A DNA stretch of 64,000 bases from an uncultured Haloferula sp. Lineage in GTDB: Bacteria; Verrucomicrobiota; Verrucomicrobiia; Verrucomicrobiales; Akkermansiaceae. Positions within the stretch are counted from its first letter, which is position 1; every line of letters starts with the position of its first letter. The stretch covers positions 32,001-96,000 of the forward strand of contig CBFGTS010000008.1 of the NCBI GenBank assembly GCA_965652295.1, in the 5' to 3' direction. A program made the position numbers and the translations under genes. Of the stretch, positions 1 through 8,782 are shown one piece after another. The notes under the pieces were generated by a model, which was not told the origin of the DNA, did not search any database, and saw nothing but the letters and a program-made list of their open reading frames with translations.

Positions 1-504
1 GGCCAGGCTGCTGCGGCGTTCTCCGGCATTGCGGGAGGTGGTCAACCGTCCGGGTTGGCAGGTAGCTGGCTTTACCAGAGCATCGGCACCGATGCGTCCG
101 CCACCTCGTTCGACGTCACCTTCGATTGGGGCGACTTCGGGAATGGACCGACCAATCGCGACCTCGGCATCACGGTGAGCGTTTACGAGTCCGATGGCTC
201 GTTCGTTGCCGGAAACGACACCGACATCAACGGGGCCGGCGGCGTGACCTTGCTTGATTCCTTCTCGCTTAGTCAGCTTGTGACCGGAAGCGTCAAGCTG
301 TCCGTTGGCGAGACCGGGAACCTGGATATCTCAGGCCAGTCCGGCGGCGAACTGTTCCTGCGTTTCAATAACTGGGATGCCGGCGGCGACACGCCGTGGC
401 TCCAGCTCGACAACGTTGCGATTTCCAACGTGGTTCCCGAGCCCTCGGCGGCGCTCCTCGGTGGTCTTGGCGTGCTCGCCCTCCTGCGCCGCCGTCGCGC
501 CTGA
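1..504 (+). CDS. PEP-CTERM sorting-domain protein, 5' end outside window
   Basis: Frame is open from base 1 (GQAAAAFSGIAGGGQPSGLA...). C-terminus VVPEPSAALLGGLGVLALLRRRRA = PEP motif + TM helix + Arg cluster. Confidence 0.92.
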   Translation, partial: GQAAAAFSGIAGGGQPSGLAGSWLYQSIGTDASATSFDVTFDWGDFGNGPTNRDLGITVSVYESDGSFVAGNDTDINGAGGVTLLDSFSLSQLVTGSVKLSVGETGNLDISGQSGGELFLRFNNWDAGGDTPWLQLDNVAISNVVPEPSAALLGGLGVLALLRRRRA

Positions 505-515
505 TGTCTTGAATC

Positions 516-559
516 AAGGCCGGAGCGGACGGCGCGCCGCTCTGGCTTTCGCTTTCTTT
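516..559 (+). terminator. Intrinsic terminator/attenuator-like hairpin after PEP-CTERM gene
   Basis: Stem aaggccggagcgg (516-528) / ccgctctggcttt (537-549), followed by T-rich cgctttcttt. Confidence 0.6.
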
Positions 560-630
560 GGGGGTCGCCCGCGTGTTCCGCGAGCGGCGGCTGCCTCTGT
601 GCGCCCTCGTTGTTCCTTTCCGCTCATCTC

Positions 631-3174
631 ATGAAACCCATTTTCCCGATCTCTTCGCTGGCGATCCTGCTGGCGGCACCCGTCCTACACGCGCAGTTGA
701 TCAGCCAGGACTCGTTTTCTGCGTACTCCGTCGGCAACGAGCTGCCGGGTTTGGACCCGACCATCTCCGGCTACACCGGCCCATGGACCGACGTCGCGTT
801 CGGTGACGCCGAGCCTGCCGTGATGGCGGGATCCCTAGCCTACGGTGACGCAACCTATGTCGCCGGCATCGGCAACCACGTGGGCAAGGCGGCCGACGCG
901 ACTGGCATCGGGCCCACCACCAGTGGGCGGGTCGAGCGTCTGCTCGACAGCGCTCTGGCGGTAGACGACACGACCACCGGCACGGTGTATCTGAGCTTTC
1001 TTTTCCAGACCGGCAACGAGGGGACGGCGGCGAATCCGGATACTTATCAAACGCTGGCGCTGTGGAATGGAACGGGTGCCACCGACAGCCTGCGGGACTT
1101 CGAGCTGGGGATCGGCAACCCCGATTTCAGCACGGCCAACTACGCTTTCCGGGTCGACAATACCACTGCCGCCGACCTCGGAGTGACGCGCGACGCCAAC
1201 GTCCACCTCTTCGTGGTGAAGTTCGAGCTGAGCGATACCTCATTGAGCGACGCGGTGACGGTGTGGATGGATCCCACGCTGGGCGCGGGAGAGCCTACCG
1301 GTGGCGTGACGCTCAGTGGCAGCGACCTGGCATTCGATCGTTTGGTGCTTTCCGACTATGCCAGCAACTCCTGCGCTTGGGATGAAATCCGGTGGGGCAG
1401 CACGTTTGACAGCGTAACCACCGAATCGTTTCTGCCTGCCATCCCGACCTTTGAAGGCCCCCCCGCCGACTATGTCGGATTCGTGGGCGACACGATGGTG
1501 CTCTCCGCCTTCGCACCCGCGGATCCGGAGCCGTCCTATCAGTGGGAGTATTCCGTCGACGGGGAAGAGCCCTGGAGTGAAGTTGCCGGTGCCACCTCGG
1601 CGGTGCTGGAAATTCCCAATGTCCCGTTCTCGGCGAACGGCTACTATCGCGTCACCGCCACCAACGGAAACGGCACCGATACGAGCGGCGCGGCTCTGGT
1701 GGACCTGATTTATCCCGACCCGACGATCACCCAGCAGCCGTCTTCGGTGTTCGCGGAAGCGGGTTCGACCGTCGAGTTGTCCGTCCAGGCGACCGGCCTC
1801 GGCACGCTGACCTACCAGTGGTTCAAGAACTTCGAAGAGTTGCCGGGCGAAACCGCGGCGACGCTCACGTTGTCCGACCTCGGGATGGATGATGCAGGAG
1901 ATTACTTCGTCGAGGTGACGGACGACGCGGCGGAAGCCGACGGAGAGCCAGCCACGTTCATCGACTCGGCGCTGGTCTCTGTTGCGATCGTCGAGCCTTG
2001 GGACGGGCTGGTGAGCCACGAGCCATTCGACACCACGGCCGGATATGTGCTGGGAGAACTCGCTACTCAGAACCCGACGATCGATGGCTACATCGATCCG
2101 TGGACGATCACGAACGGTTTCGGGCCGATCTCGCCGGTGGTTTCGTCCGGTTCGCTGGTTTATCCTGATCCGTTTTATCTGGGTGCCAGTGGCGACAGCG
2201 TGAGCACGCCCGCGGACACCGAGGACATCAATGCCACCAATGCTGGCCGGGTCGGCCGGCTGCTGGAGGCGCAACTGGTGGTGAACGACGCGACCACCGG
2301 AACGCGCTACCTGAGCTGGCTGTTCCGTTCGGGCTTTGAGAATGCCGCTCCGAACCCCCAGGTTTACCAGACGCTGGCGCTTTTCAACGGAGTCATCGGC
2401 ACCGATGGAAACCGGGACTTCGAGGCGGGCATCGCAGTCGGAGCCGCCGATTTCAACACCACGAACTTCGCCTACAAACTCAACAACAACACGAGCCTGG
2501 TCGGAGATCTGGGCGTGCCTTCCGATGGCAGCGTCCACCTTTTCGTCGCCAAGATCGAGCTCAGCGATGTGGCTGGCGGCGACAGCGTGACCGTCTGGAT
2601 CGACCCGACCTTGGGCAGTGGCGACCCTGCCGGCGGCGTGACCGTGAGCGGAGCCGACCTGCTGTGGGATCGGATCGCCCTTTCCGACTACGCCAGCGAT
2701 TCCTCCCGCTGGGATGAAATCCGCTGGGGCAGTACGTTTGACAGCGTGACGCTCAATCCATCCCCCTCCAACAACTACGCCGCCTGGATCGGCCTCTATC
2801 CCGGAGTCGGTGGCCAGACGGGATTCGAGGACGACCCGGATGGCGACGGGCTTGCCAACGGCTTGGAAAACTTCCTCGGGACCGACCCGAGCGTGGCGAA
2901 CACGGGCATCGTCGAGGTCTCCGCCGCTGCCGGATCGTTGACCTTCGAGCATCCGCAGAATGCAACGCCGGCCGACGACGTGTCAGCGGCTTACCGATGG
3001 TCGCTGGACCTCGCCGGGTGGAATGCCGATGGTGCGACCAGCGGCGGGACGACGGTGAATTTCGCGGGGAGTCCGGACACGCCGGTGAACGGCACGACGA
3101 CCGTCACCGCGACGATCTCGGGAACCCAACCGGACAAACTTTTCGTCGAGCTTGAGGCCACGCAGAATCCCTGA
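631..3174 (+). CDS. Secreted modular protein: two copies of a ~240-aa beta-rich domain flanking two Ig-like domains, plus C-terminal DPDGDG module
   Basis: ATG 631 gives signal peptide MKPIFPISSLAILLAAPVLHA-Q. Both repeats end DEIRWGSTFDSVT. Ig motifs PSYQWEYS..YYRVTATN and ITQQP..LTYQWFKN..GDYFVEVTD. Confidence 0.85.
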   Translation: MKPIFPISSLAILLAAPVLHAQLISQDSFSAYSVGNELPGLDPTISGYTGPWTDVAFGDAEPAVMAGSLAYGDATYVAGIGNHVGKAADATGIGPTTSGRVERLLDSALAVDDTTTGTVYLSFLFQTGNEGTAANPDTYQTLALWNGTGATDSLRDFELGIGNPDFSTANYAFRVDNTTAADLGVTRDANVHLFVVKFELSDTSLSDAVTVWMDPTLGAGEPTGGVTLSGSDLAFDRLVLSDYASNSCAWDEIRWGSTFDSVTTESFLPAIPTFEGPPADYVGFVGDTMVLSAFAPADPEPSYQWEYSVDGEEPWSEVAGATSAVLEIPNVPFSANGYYRVTATNGNGTDTSGAALVDLIYPDPTITQQPSSVFAEAGSTVELSVQATGLGTLTYQWFKNFEELPGETAATLTLSDLGMDDAGDYFVEVTDDAAEADGEPATFIDSALVSVAIVEPWDGLVSHEPFDTTAGYVLGELATQNPTIDGYIDPWTITNGFGPISPVVSSGSLVYPDPFYLGASGDSVSTPADTEDINATNAGRVGRLLEAQLVVNDATTGTRYLSWLFRSGFENAAPNPQVYQTLALFNGVIGTDGNRDFEAGIAVGAADFNTTNFAYKLNNNTSLVGDLGVPSDGSVHLFVAKIELSDVAGGDSVTVWIDPTLGSGDPAGGVTVSGADLLWDRIALSDYASDSSRWDEIRWGSTFDSVTLNPSPSNNYAAWIGLYPGVGGQTGFEDDPDGDGLANGLENFLGTDPSVANTGIVEVSAAAGSLTFEHPQNATPADDVSAAYRWSLDLAGWNADGATSGGTTVNFAGSPDTPVNGTTTVTATISGTQPDKLFVELEATQNP

Positions 3175-3199
3175 CTTTTTCGTCACCGCACGGAAAAGC

Positions 3200-3240
3200 C
3201 GCGCCCGTCCGGTTTACTGGGGTTTTCCGGGCGGGCGCAT
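3200..3240 (+). terminator. Intergenic hairpin
   Basis: Stem gcgcccgtccgg / ccgggcgggcgc around loop tttactggggtttt. Weak U-tract. Confidence 0.45.
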
Positions 3241-3286
3241 CTTCTTCGGTCTTCGGAGCAGCAGCGAGGGTTTCCCTCGTCCATTC

Positions 3287-6200
3287 ATGCACTTCAGATT
3301 CGTTCCTTTGAGACTCCCCGTTTCCATCCCATTCACCGCAGGCATCCTGTTTCCCCTGCTACTACAGGCCCAGTTTCTCAGTGAAGAGCCGTTCGTCGGC
3401 TACACGGTGGGGGAGGAACTTCAGGCGACGGAACATCCGGGAATTGCGGGCTACACGGGAGGCTGGACCGATGTCGATTTCGGCACGGCGGAGCCGACGG
3501 TGATGAGCGGCTCGCTGATTTATCCGGCGGCCGGCTATCTGGGGTCGAGTGGCGACCGGGTGGGGAAGGGTGCCGACGCTGGCGGCATCGCTCAGGGAAA
3601 CTGCGGTCGCGTGTACCGGTTGCTGGACGCCCCGCTGGTCGTGGACGACTCGACGACCGGAACTCGCTATCTCAGCTGGCTTTTCCAGACCGGCAACGAG
3701 AATGCCGCGCCCGACCCGGCGACCTATCAGACGCTGGCGCTCTACGACGGCAGCACATCGGACTCGAACCGGAACTTCGACGCAGGGATTGCGAGCGGAG
3801 ATTTCGCGACGACGAACTACGCTTTCCGTGCCGAGAACAGCTCGGCGCTGCGAGGGAACCTCGGCGTTGCCGCGGATTCCTCGGTCCACCTCTTCGTCGC
3901 GAAGTTCGAGCTCAGCGCCACGGGCAATGCCGATAGCATCACGGTGTGGATCGATCCAATCCTCGGCGGGGGAGAGCCGTCGGGCGGAGCCACCGTCAGC
4001 GGCTTCGACACGCGCTTCGACCGCCTCGCCCTCTCCGACTACGCGAGCAATTCCTCGGCCTGGGACGAGATCCGCTGGGGTACGACCTTCGACAGCGTGA
4101 CGCTCGCCCCGCCGGTGCCGACCATCGTTTCGCAGCCGACGGGATTCACCGGGTCGGTGGGCGATGACGTGACCTTGGTGGCGGACGTCATTGGCTCGCC
4201 GGAGCCGGAGTTGCAATGGGAGCGTTCGGCAGACGGTTCCGGCGGTTGGACGGAAGTGCCGGGCGCGACCGGTGAAACGCTGGAGATGCCCGGGGTGGCC
4301 TATGCTGCGAGGGGACTCTACCGTCTTGTCGCGACGAATGGGAATGGCTCGGTGGCCAGTGATGCGGTGGAGGTCACGCTGACCTTTCCGCCGCCGCGGA
4401 TCACCGAGCAACCGACGCCGGTGGGTGCCACGGAGGACGGCGGAGCGGTGTTCTCGGTGGTCGCTTCGGGGCTGGGAAACCTGAGCTACCAATGGCGCAA
4501 GGATGGCGTGAGTCTCCCGGGCGAAACGGGGGCGACGCTGGAGCTGAGCGGATTGACCGAGGAGGATCTCGGTGTGTATTCGGTACGCATCGAGGACGAC
4601 GCCGCGACGGCGGAGTCGCTGCCTGCGACCTCGGTGGTTTCGGACTCGGTCTTGTTGATTTTCGGAAACCTCGGCGATTACCAAACAGGGTTGACCTACC
4701 GGCTCTACGACATCCGGGAACCGATGGGTCAGCTTTACCCGCTGGTGCCGGGGCAAACGCCGAATGTCGATGAGCGGCGGGCGACGATCGACTGGTCGGG
4801 AAGCGCGGATTTTTCCGGATACACGGCGGAGTTCATGGTCGAAGTCGTCGCGGACTTGTTCGTCCCGGCCGCGGGCGGGCATGAATTTCGTCTGACGTCG
4901 TCGGATGGCTCCGAGCTGTGGATCGACGACACTCTGGTGATTGATCACGACGGTGAACATGAGGCGACTTCGATGGATGGAAGCGCTTCGCTAGGTGGTG
5001 GACTGCACCCGCTGCGGGTGAGGTTTTTCCTGAACGCGGGCACACCGGAACTGAGGCTCGCCTGGCGGTTGGAGGGTGAGCCGGAGTTCACCATCGTGCC
5101 CGAATCTCACGTGCTGACGCCGTCGTTCGTCACACGTGTGGTGGCACCGGGGAAAAAGGAGATCATCACTCCCGGCGATGGCACGCGTCCGGGCAGTGGC
5201 GCGCCGCTGGAATCGGTACACCCGGAGTGGGAGGTTCACACGATCCACCCATCGGGGTTCAATCCGAAGGTCGGCGCGATGGCGGTGCATCCGGACGGGC
5301 GTTTGTTCGTGGCGACCTTCGAGCCGAACCAGGACAACAACAGCGGCCAGCCGACGACGCCGAACGGCCGGATCTGGGCGCTGACGGACGTGGACGGCGA
5401 CGACTCGGAGGCGGTCGGCGTGACCGAGGTGGCGAACGGGTTGTTCGAGCCGGCGGGGATGACCTTCGTCGATGGCGTTCTCCACGTCAGCCAGCGGCTT
5501 GAGGTGACGCGGCTGCTCGACGCCGATGACGACGGTTTTTTCGAGACACATGAAACCGTGGGGGGCGGGTGGACGTCGAACAACTACCACATGTTCCACT
5601 TCGGTCTGATCGAGGCCGGAGGCTACGCCTACTCGACGCTCTCGACGTCGATCGATTTCAGCTACAACGGACTCAACGGGCCCAACCCTGCGAATCGCGG
5701 AACATGGGTGAGGACGAATCTTTCGACCGGTGAAGTGGATTACCTTGCCGGCGGCCTGCGGACCCCGAACGGCATCGGCTTCGGTCCGGGAGGCGATGTG
5801 TTCCAGACCGACAACCAGGGTTCGTGGCAGCCGGCTTCGCGCCTGAACCACCTGCAGGAAGGGCATTTCTACGGACACTACAACAACACGGCCGATGGTG
5901 GGGTGCCGAGCCTTTACTCGGACCAGCCGGTCACACCCGCGGCGGTCTATCTTCCGCAGAACGAGATCTCGAACTCGCCGACGCAGCCGCTGTTGATTCC
6001 GGAAGGCCATGATTTCGCCGGCGACATGTTGGTAGGCGAGTTGACCCTCGGGGGCATCCGCCGTGTGTCGCTGGAAAAGATCAACGGCGAGTGGCAGGGC
6101 GCGGTGTACCGGTTCACCCAGGGGCTCGAGGCTGGTGTGAACCGGATCGAATGGGCACCCGATGGCTCGCTTTACATCGGGTGCATCGGTGCGACGGGAA

Positions 6201-8767
6201 ACTGGTCTTGGAAGGGCACGACGCGGGGCCTGCAACGCCTGAGTCCGAAGTCGGGCGCTGCGGAAACGTTCGAGATCGACCGCGTGGAGGCCACTGCCAC
6301 CGGCTTCCGGATCCGATATACGAAGCCGGTGCCGGCGGAGACCTTGAACGACCCGGCGAACTTCGTGGTCCGGCAGTGGACCTACAGCCCGAGCCAGGAC
6401 TACGGTGGCAACAAGATCGACCAGGCGACGCTGACGGTTTCGACGAGCGAGGCCTCGACCGACCGCAAGAGTGTGGAGCTGACGATCCCCGGGTTGAAGG
6501 AAGGTTATGTCGTTTATCTGAAATCCGATCTCGTGTCCGACTTCGGCGAGGCGATTTGGTCGAGCGAGGCGTGGTACACATTGAACGCGATTCCCGGCGG
6601 CCCGTTCGCGCTGGGTCTCGATCCGGCGGTGGTGACCGAGAACGAGCCATCGGGAACGATGGTGGGGCAGCTTTCGGCGGAGGGAGAGGGTATCGTCTGG
6701 TCGCTGCCTGCCGGGGAGGAAAGCAACGAGTTCTTTTCCATCGTGGGCGACGCCTTGGTGACGGCGGTGCCTTTCGACTACGAACGTCGTAGTTCCTATC
6801 CGGTGCGGGTCCGCGCTACCGATGGGGAAGGGCTTTTCACCGAAGCCGTCTTCATGGTCGGGGTGGCGGACGCGCTGGAGGAGTCGGCCCCGCGGCGTGT
6901 TCTTCTCTCGAATGCCGTGCTTCCTCCGGACCATGCGGTTGGCGCGTTGGTGGGGCGGCTGATATTGGACGATGCGGATGCGGGCGATCTTGTGACGACC
7001 TCCGCCTCGGCCGTGGGGGGGGATCCGGTGGTGTATGAAGGCTTCGACTACGCCGCTGGTAGTACGCAGGCGGGCCAGAATGGAGGTGTGGGGTTTGGCG
7101 GTGCGTGGGGCGTGGTCGGGACGGCTTCGACCGTTCACAATGGCTCGCTCGGCTACACCGATGTGGAAGGCATGGCCTTGGAAACCTCGGGCAACCATGG
7201 CTTCTGCCAGCCGCTCTCGCGCAACCACCGGCCGCTCGCGGTCGCGCGGGGCGATGACGGCACGGCAACTTACGTGAGCTTCGTGGTGGACCCGGATCCG
7301 AACGCGTTTTACTGGGGCGTCGAGTTCTGGAACGGCAGCCAGGTCGATGGAAACCGGGTGCTGCAAGTCGGCAACGAGAGCGGATTCGGGGTTCGGGTGC
7401 GGAACGGGACCAATAAGTTTTTTGCGTCGACGGATGACGGTCCCCATTTCTTCGTGGTGAAAATCGACCACCTGTCGGGGAACGACGAGGTGTCGGTGTG
7501 GATCGACCCGCTCCTCTCGGCCGAGCCGGAGGTTCCGGACCTTTTTTTCGACGCCAACGAAACCGGGGGATCGATCATGTTCGATCGGATCGGCTTCAGC
7601 GACTACGTCACGACTTCGGCACCGGCGGTGGATGAGCTTCGCCTCGGCAACAACTGGGCGTCGGTCACGCCGCGTTTCGCGGCGTCTCCCTTTTACGAAC
7701 TGGTGGCGGGTGTGGGCGATGAGGGCAACGGATCGTTTGAAATCCGCGGCAACCGGCTGTTGGTGGTCGGGGTCGTATCTCCGGGGCTCCACTCGGTTCG
7801 CGTGCGGGTGACGGACAGTGCGGGGCACGCTTTCGAGCAGCCGTTGCTGGTGTGGGTGGGCGCGGGCGATGGCGATAGCAATGGAGACGGCGTCCGCGAT
7901 GGTGATGCGGTAAGGTTGGGCTTCGATCCCGCGGGCGAGGACGCGACCGACGCCTACTTCGGCCCCGGCGGCGCGGTGGCGAGGCTGACAGTTCCTGAAT
8001 CCGCCGACCGTGTCCTGCTTGATGCCCCGATGACTCCGGGGAATCTTTACTGGGTTGAAGAGTCGGACGATCTCTCGCTGTGGTTTTTGAAATCGGGCAC
8101 CCTCCTCACTCCGGATTCGTTTCTGGAGATCCCGAGCGGCTGGGAGCTTCCGGTTTCGTTCGATGCGAAGCATTTCTGGCGGGTCGCCGGCGGCTGGCCC
8201 GACACGTCCGGCGACGATCCGCTTACTTCGGGTTTGGCGGGACTGACATTCGTTGGCGGCGATTCGAGCGGGTGGACCTACGACGCCGACGGCGGCGTTC
8301 TGCGTCAGGAGGTGGCCGATGCGAATCCGGCCGAGTGGCTGCACTTCGGGCCTGTTTACTCCGACTTTCTCCTGAGTCTGGAATACCGGGTGTCGAGCAA
8401 CGGTAACGCGGGGGTGTTCCTCCGTTCCGCCGCCTCCGGTAATCCGTGGGAAACCGGAACGGAGATCCAGATCACGAATGAACCGCGAGCGGCGATCCAT
8501 TCTACCGGTGCGGCTTACGGACGTATCGAGGCCCAGCCTGCGGCGGACGCCACGGCCGATGTCTGGCACCGCATGGAGATCCTGATGTCGGGGGACCGCT
8601 TGCGCGTTCGGGTCGATGGTTTGACCACCATTGATGCTGCCGATGTGCGGCAGTATGACGCCTCCTTCGCTTGGCCGGATTCGGGCTATGTCGGCCTTCA
8701 GGATTCTCATAATCCGAGTGGCAGCATCGAATACCGGAACATCCGCATCCGGTCTCTCACGCCGTGA
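3287..8767 (+). CDS. ~1830-aa secreted multidomain protein: repeat domain, 2x Ig, PA14, glucose/sorbosone-dehydrogenase-like beta-propeller, cadherin(s), second repeat domain, C-terminal DUF1080
   Basis: ATG 3287 followed by signal peptide ending LLLQA-Q. PA14 motif FRLTSSDGSELWIDDTLVIDHDGEH. Propeller motifs GLRTPNGIG, TDNQGSWQP, GLEAGVNRIEWAPDGSLY. Cadherin FDYERRSSYPVRVRATD. DUF1080 motifs FLLSLEYRV..GNAGVFLR..EIQI..WHRMEI..GYVGLQDSH..IEYRNIRIR. Confidence 0.85.
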   Translation: MHFRFVPLRLPVSIPFTAGILFPLLLQAQFLSEEPFVGYTVGEELQATEHPGIAGYTGGWTDVDFGTAEPTVMSGSLIYPAAGYLGSSGDRVGKGADAGGIAQGNCGRVYRLLDAPLVVDDSTTGTRYLSWLFQTGNENAAPDPATYQTLALYDGSTSDSNRNFDAGIASGDFATTNYAFRAENSSALRGNLGVAADSSVHLFVAKFELSATGNADSITVWIDPILGGGEPSGGATVSGFDTRFDRLALSDYASNSSAWDEIRWGTTFDSVTLAPPVPTIVSQPTGFTGSVGDDVTLVADVIGSPEPELQWERSADGSGGWTEVPGATGETLEMPGVAYAARGLYRLVATNGNGSVASDAVEVTLTFPPPRITEQPTPVGATEDGGAVFSVVASGLGNLSYQWRKDGVSLPGETGATLELSGLTEEDLGVYSVRIEDDAATAESLPATSVVSDSVLLIFGNLGDYQTGLTYRLYDIREPMGQLYPLVPGQTPNVDERRATIDWSGSADFSGYTAEFMVEVVADLFVPAAGGHEFRLTSSDGSELWIDDTLVIDHDGEHEATSMDGSASLGGGLHPLRVRFFLNAGTPELRLAWRLEGEPEFTIVPESHVLTPSFVTRVVAPGKKEIITPGDGTRPGSGAPLESVHPEWEVHTIHPSGFNPKVGAMAVHPDGRLFVATFEPNQDNNSGQPTTPNGRIWALTDVDGDDSEAVGVTEVANGLFEPAGMTFVDGVLHVSQRLEVTRLLDADDDGFFETHETVGGGWTSNNYHMFHFGLIEAGGYAYSTLSTSIDFSYNGLNGPNPANRGTWVRTNLSTGEVDYLAGGLRTPNGIGFGPGGDVFQTDNQGSWQPASRLNHLQEGHFYGHYNNTADGGVPSLYSDQPVTPAAVYLPQNEISNSPTQPLLIPEGHDFAGDMLVGELTLGGIRRVSLEKINGEWQGAVYRFTQGLEAGVNRIEWAPDGSLYIGCIGATGNWSWKGTTRGLQRLSPKSGAAETFEIDRVEATATGFRIRYTKPVPAETLNDPANFVVRQWTYSPSQDYGGNKIDQATLTVSTSEASTDRKSVELTIPGLKEGYVVYLKSDLVSDFGEAIWSSEAWYTLNAIPGGPFALGLDPAVVTENEPSGTMVGQLSAEGEGIVWSLPAGEESNEFFSIVGDALVTAVPFDYERRSSYPVRVRATDGEGLFTEAVFMVGVADALEESAPRRVLLSNAVLPPDHAVGALVGRLILDDADAGDLVTTSASAVGGDPVVYEGFDYAAGSTQAGQNGGVGFGGAWGVVGTASTVHNGSLGYTDVEGMALETSGNHGFCQPLSRNHRPLAVARGDDGTATYVSFVVDPDPNAFYWGVEFWNGSQVDGNRVLQVGNESGFGVRVRNGTNKFFASTDDGPHFFVVKIDHLSGNDEVSVWIDPLLSAEPEVPDLFFDANETGGSIMFDRIGFSDYVTTSAPAVDELRLGNNWASVTPRFAASPFYELVAGVGDEGNGSFEIRGNRLLVVGVVSPGLHSVRVRVTDSAGHAFEQPLLVWVGAGDGDSNGDGVRDGDAVRLGFDPAGEDATDAYFGPGGAVARLTVPESADRVLLDAPMTPGNLYWVEESDDLSLWFLKSGTLLTPDSFLEIPSGWELPVSFDAKHFWRVAGGWPDTSGDDPLTSGLAGLTFVGGDSSGWTYDADGGVLRQEVADANPAEWLHFGPVYSDFLLSLEYRVSSNGNAGVFLRSAASGNPWETGTEIQITNEPRAAIHSTGAAYGRIEAQPAADATADVWHRMEILMSGDRLRVRVDGLTTIDAADVRQYDASFAWPDSGYVGLQDSHNPSGSIEYRNIRIRSLTP

Positions 8768-8782
8768 TTTTTCTCTTCAGCC

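Noticed and set aside
4991..8710. 1239-aa antisense ORF and similar long shadows (1240-2952, 9377-11305, 16931-19084, 28690-29904, 60377-62245)
   Set aside because: Each lies opposite a recognisable gene and has no motifs; expected from GC-rich codon bias.
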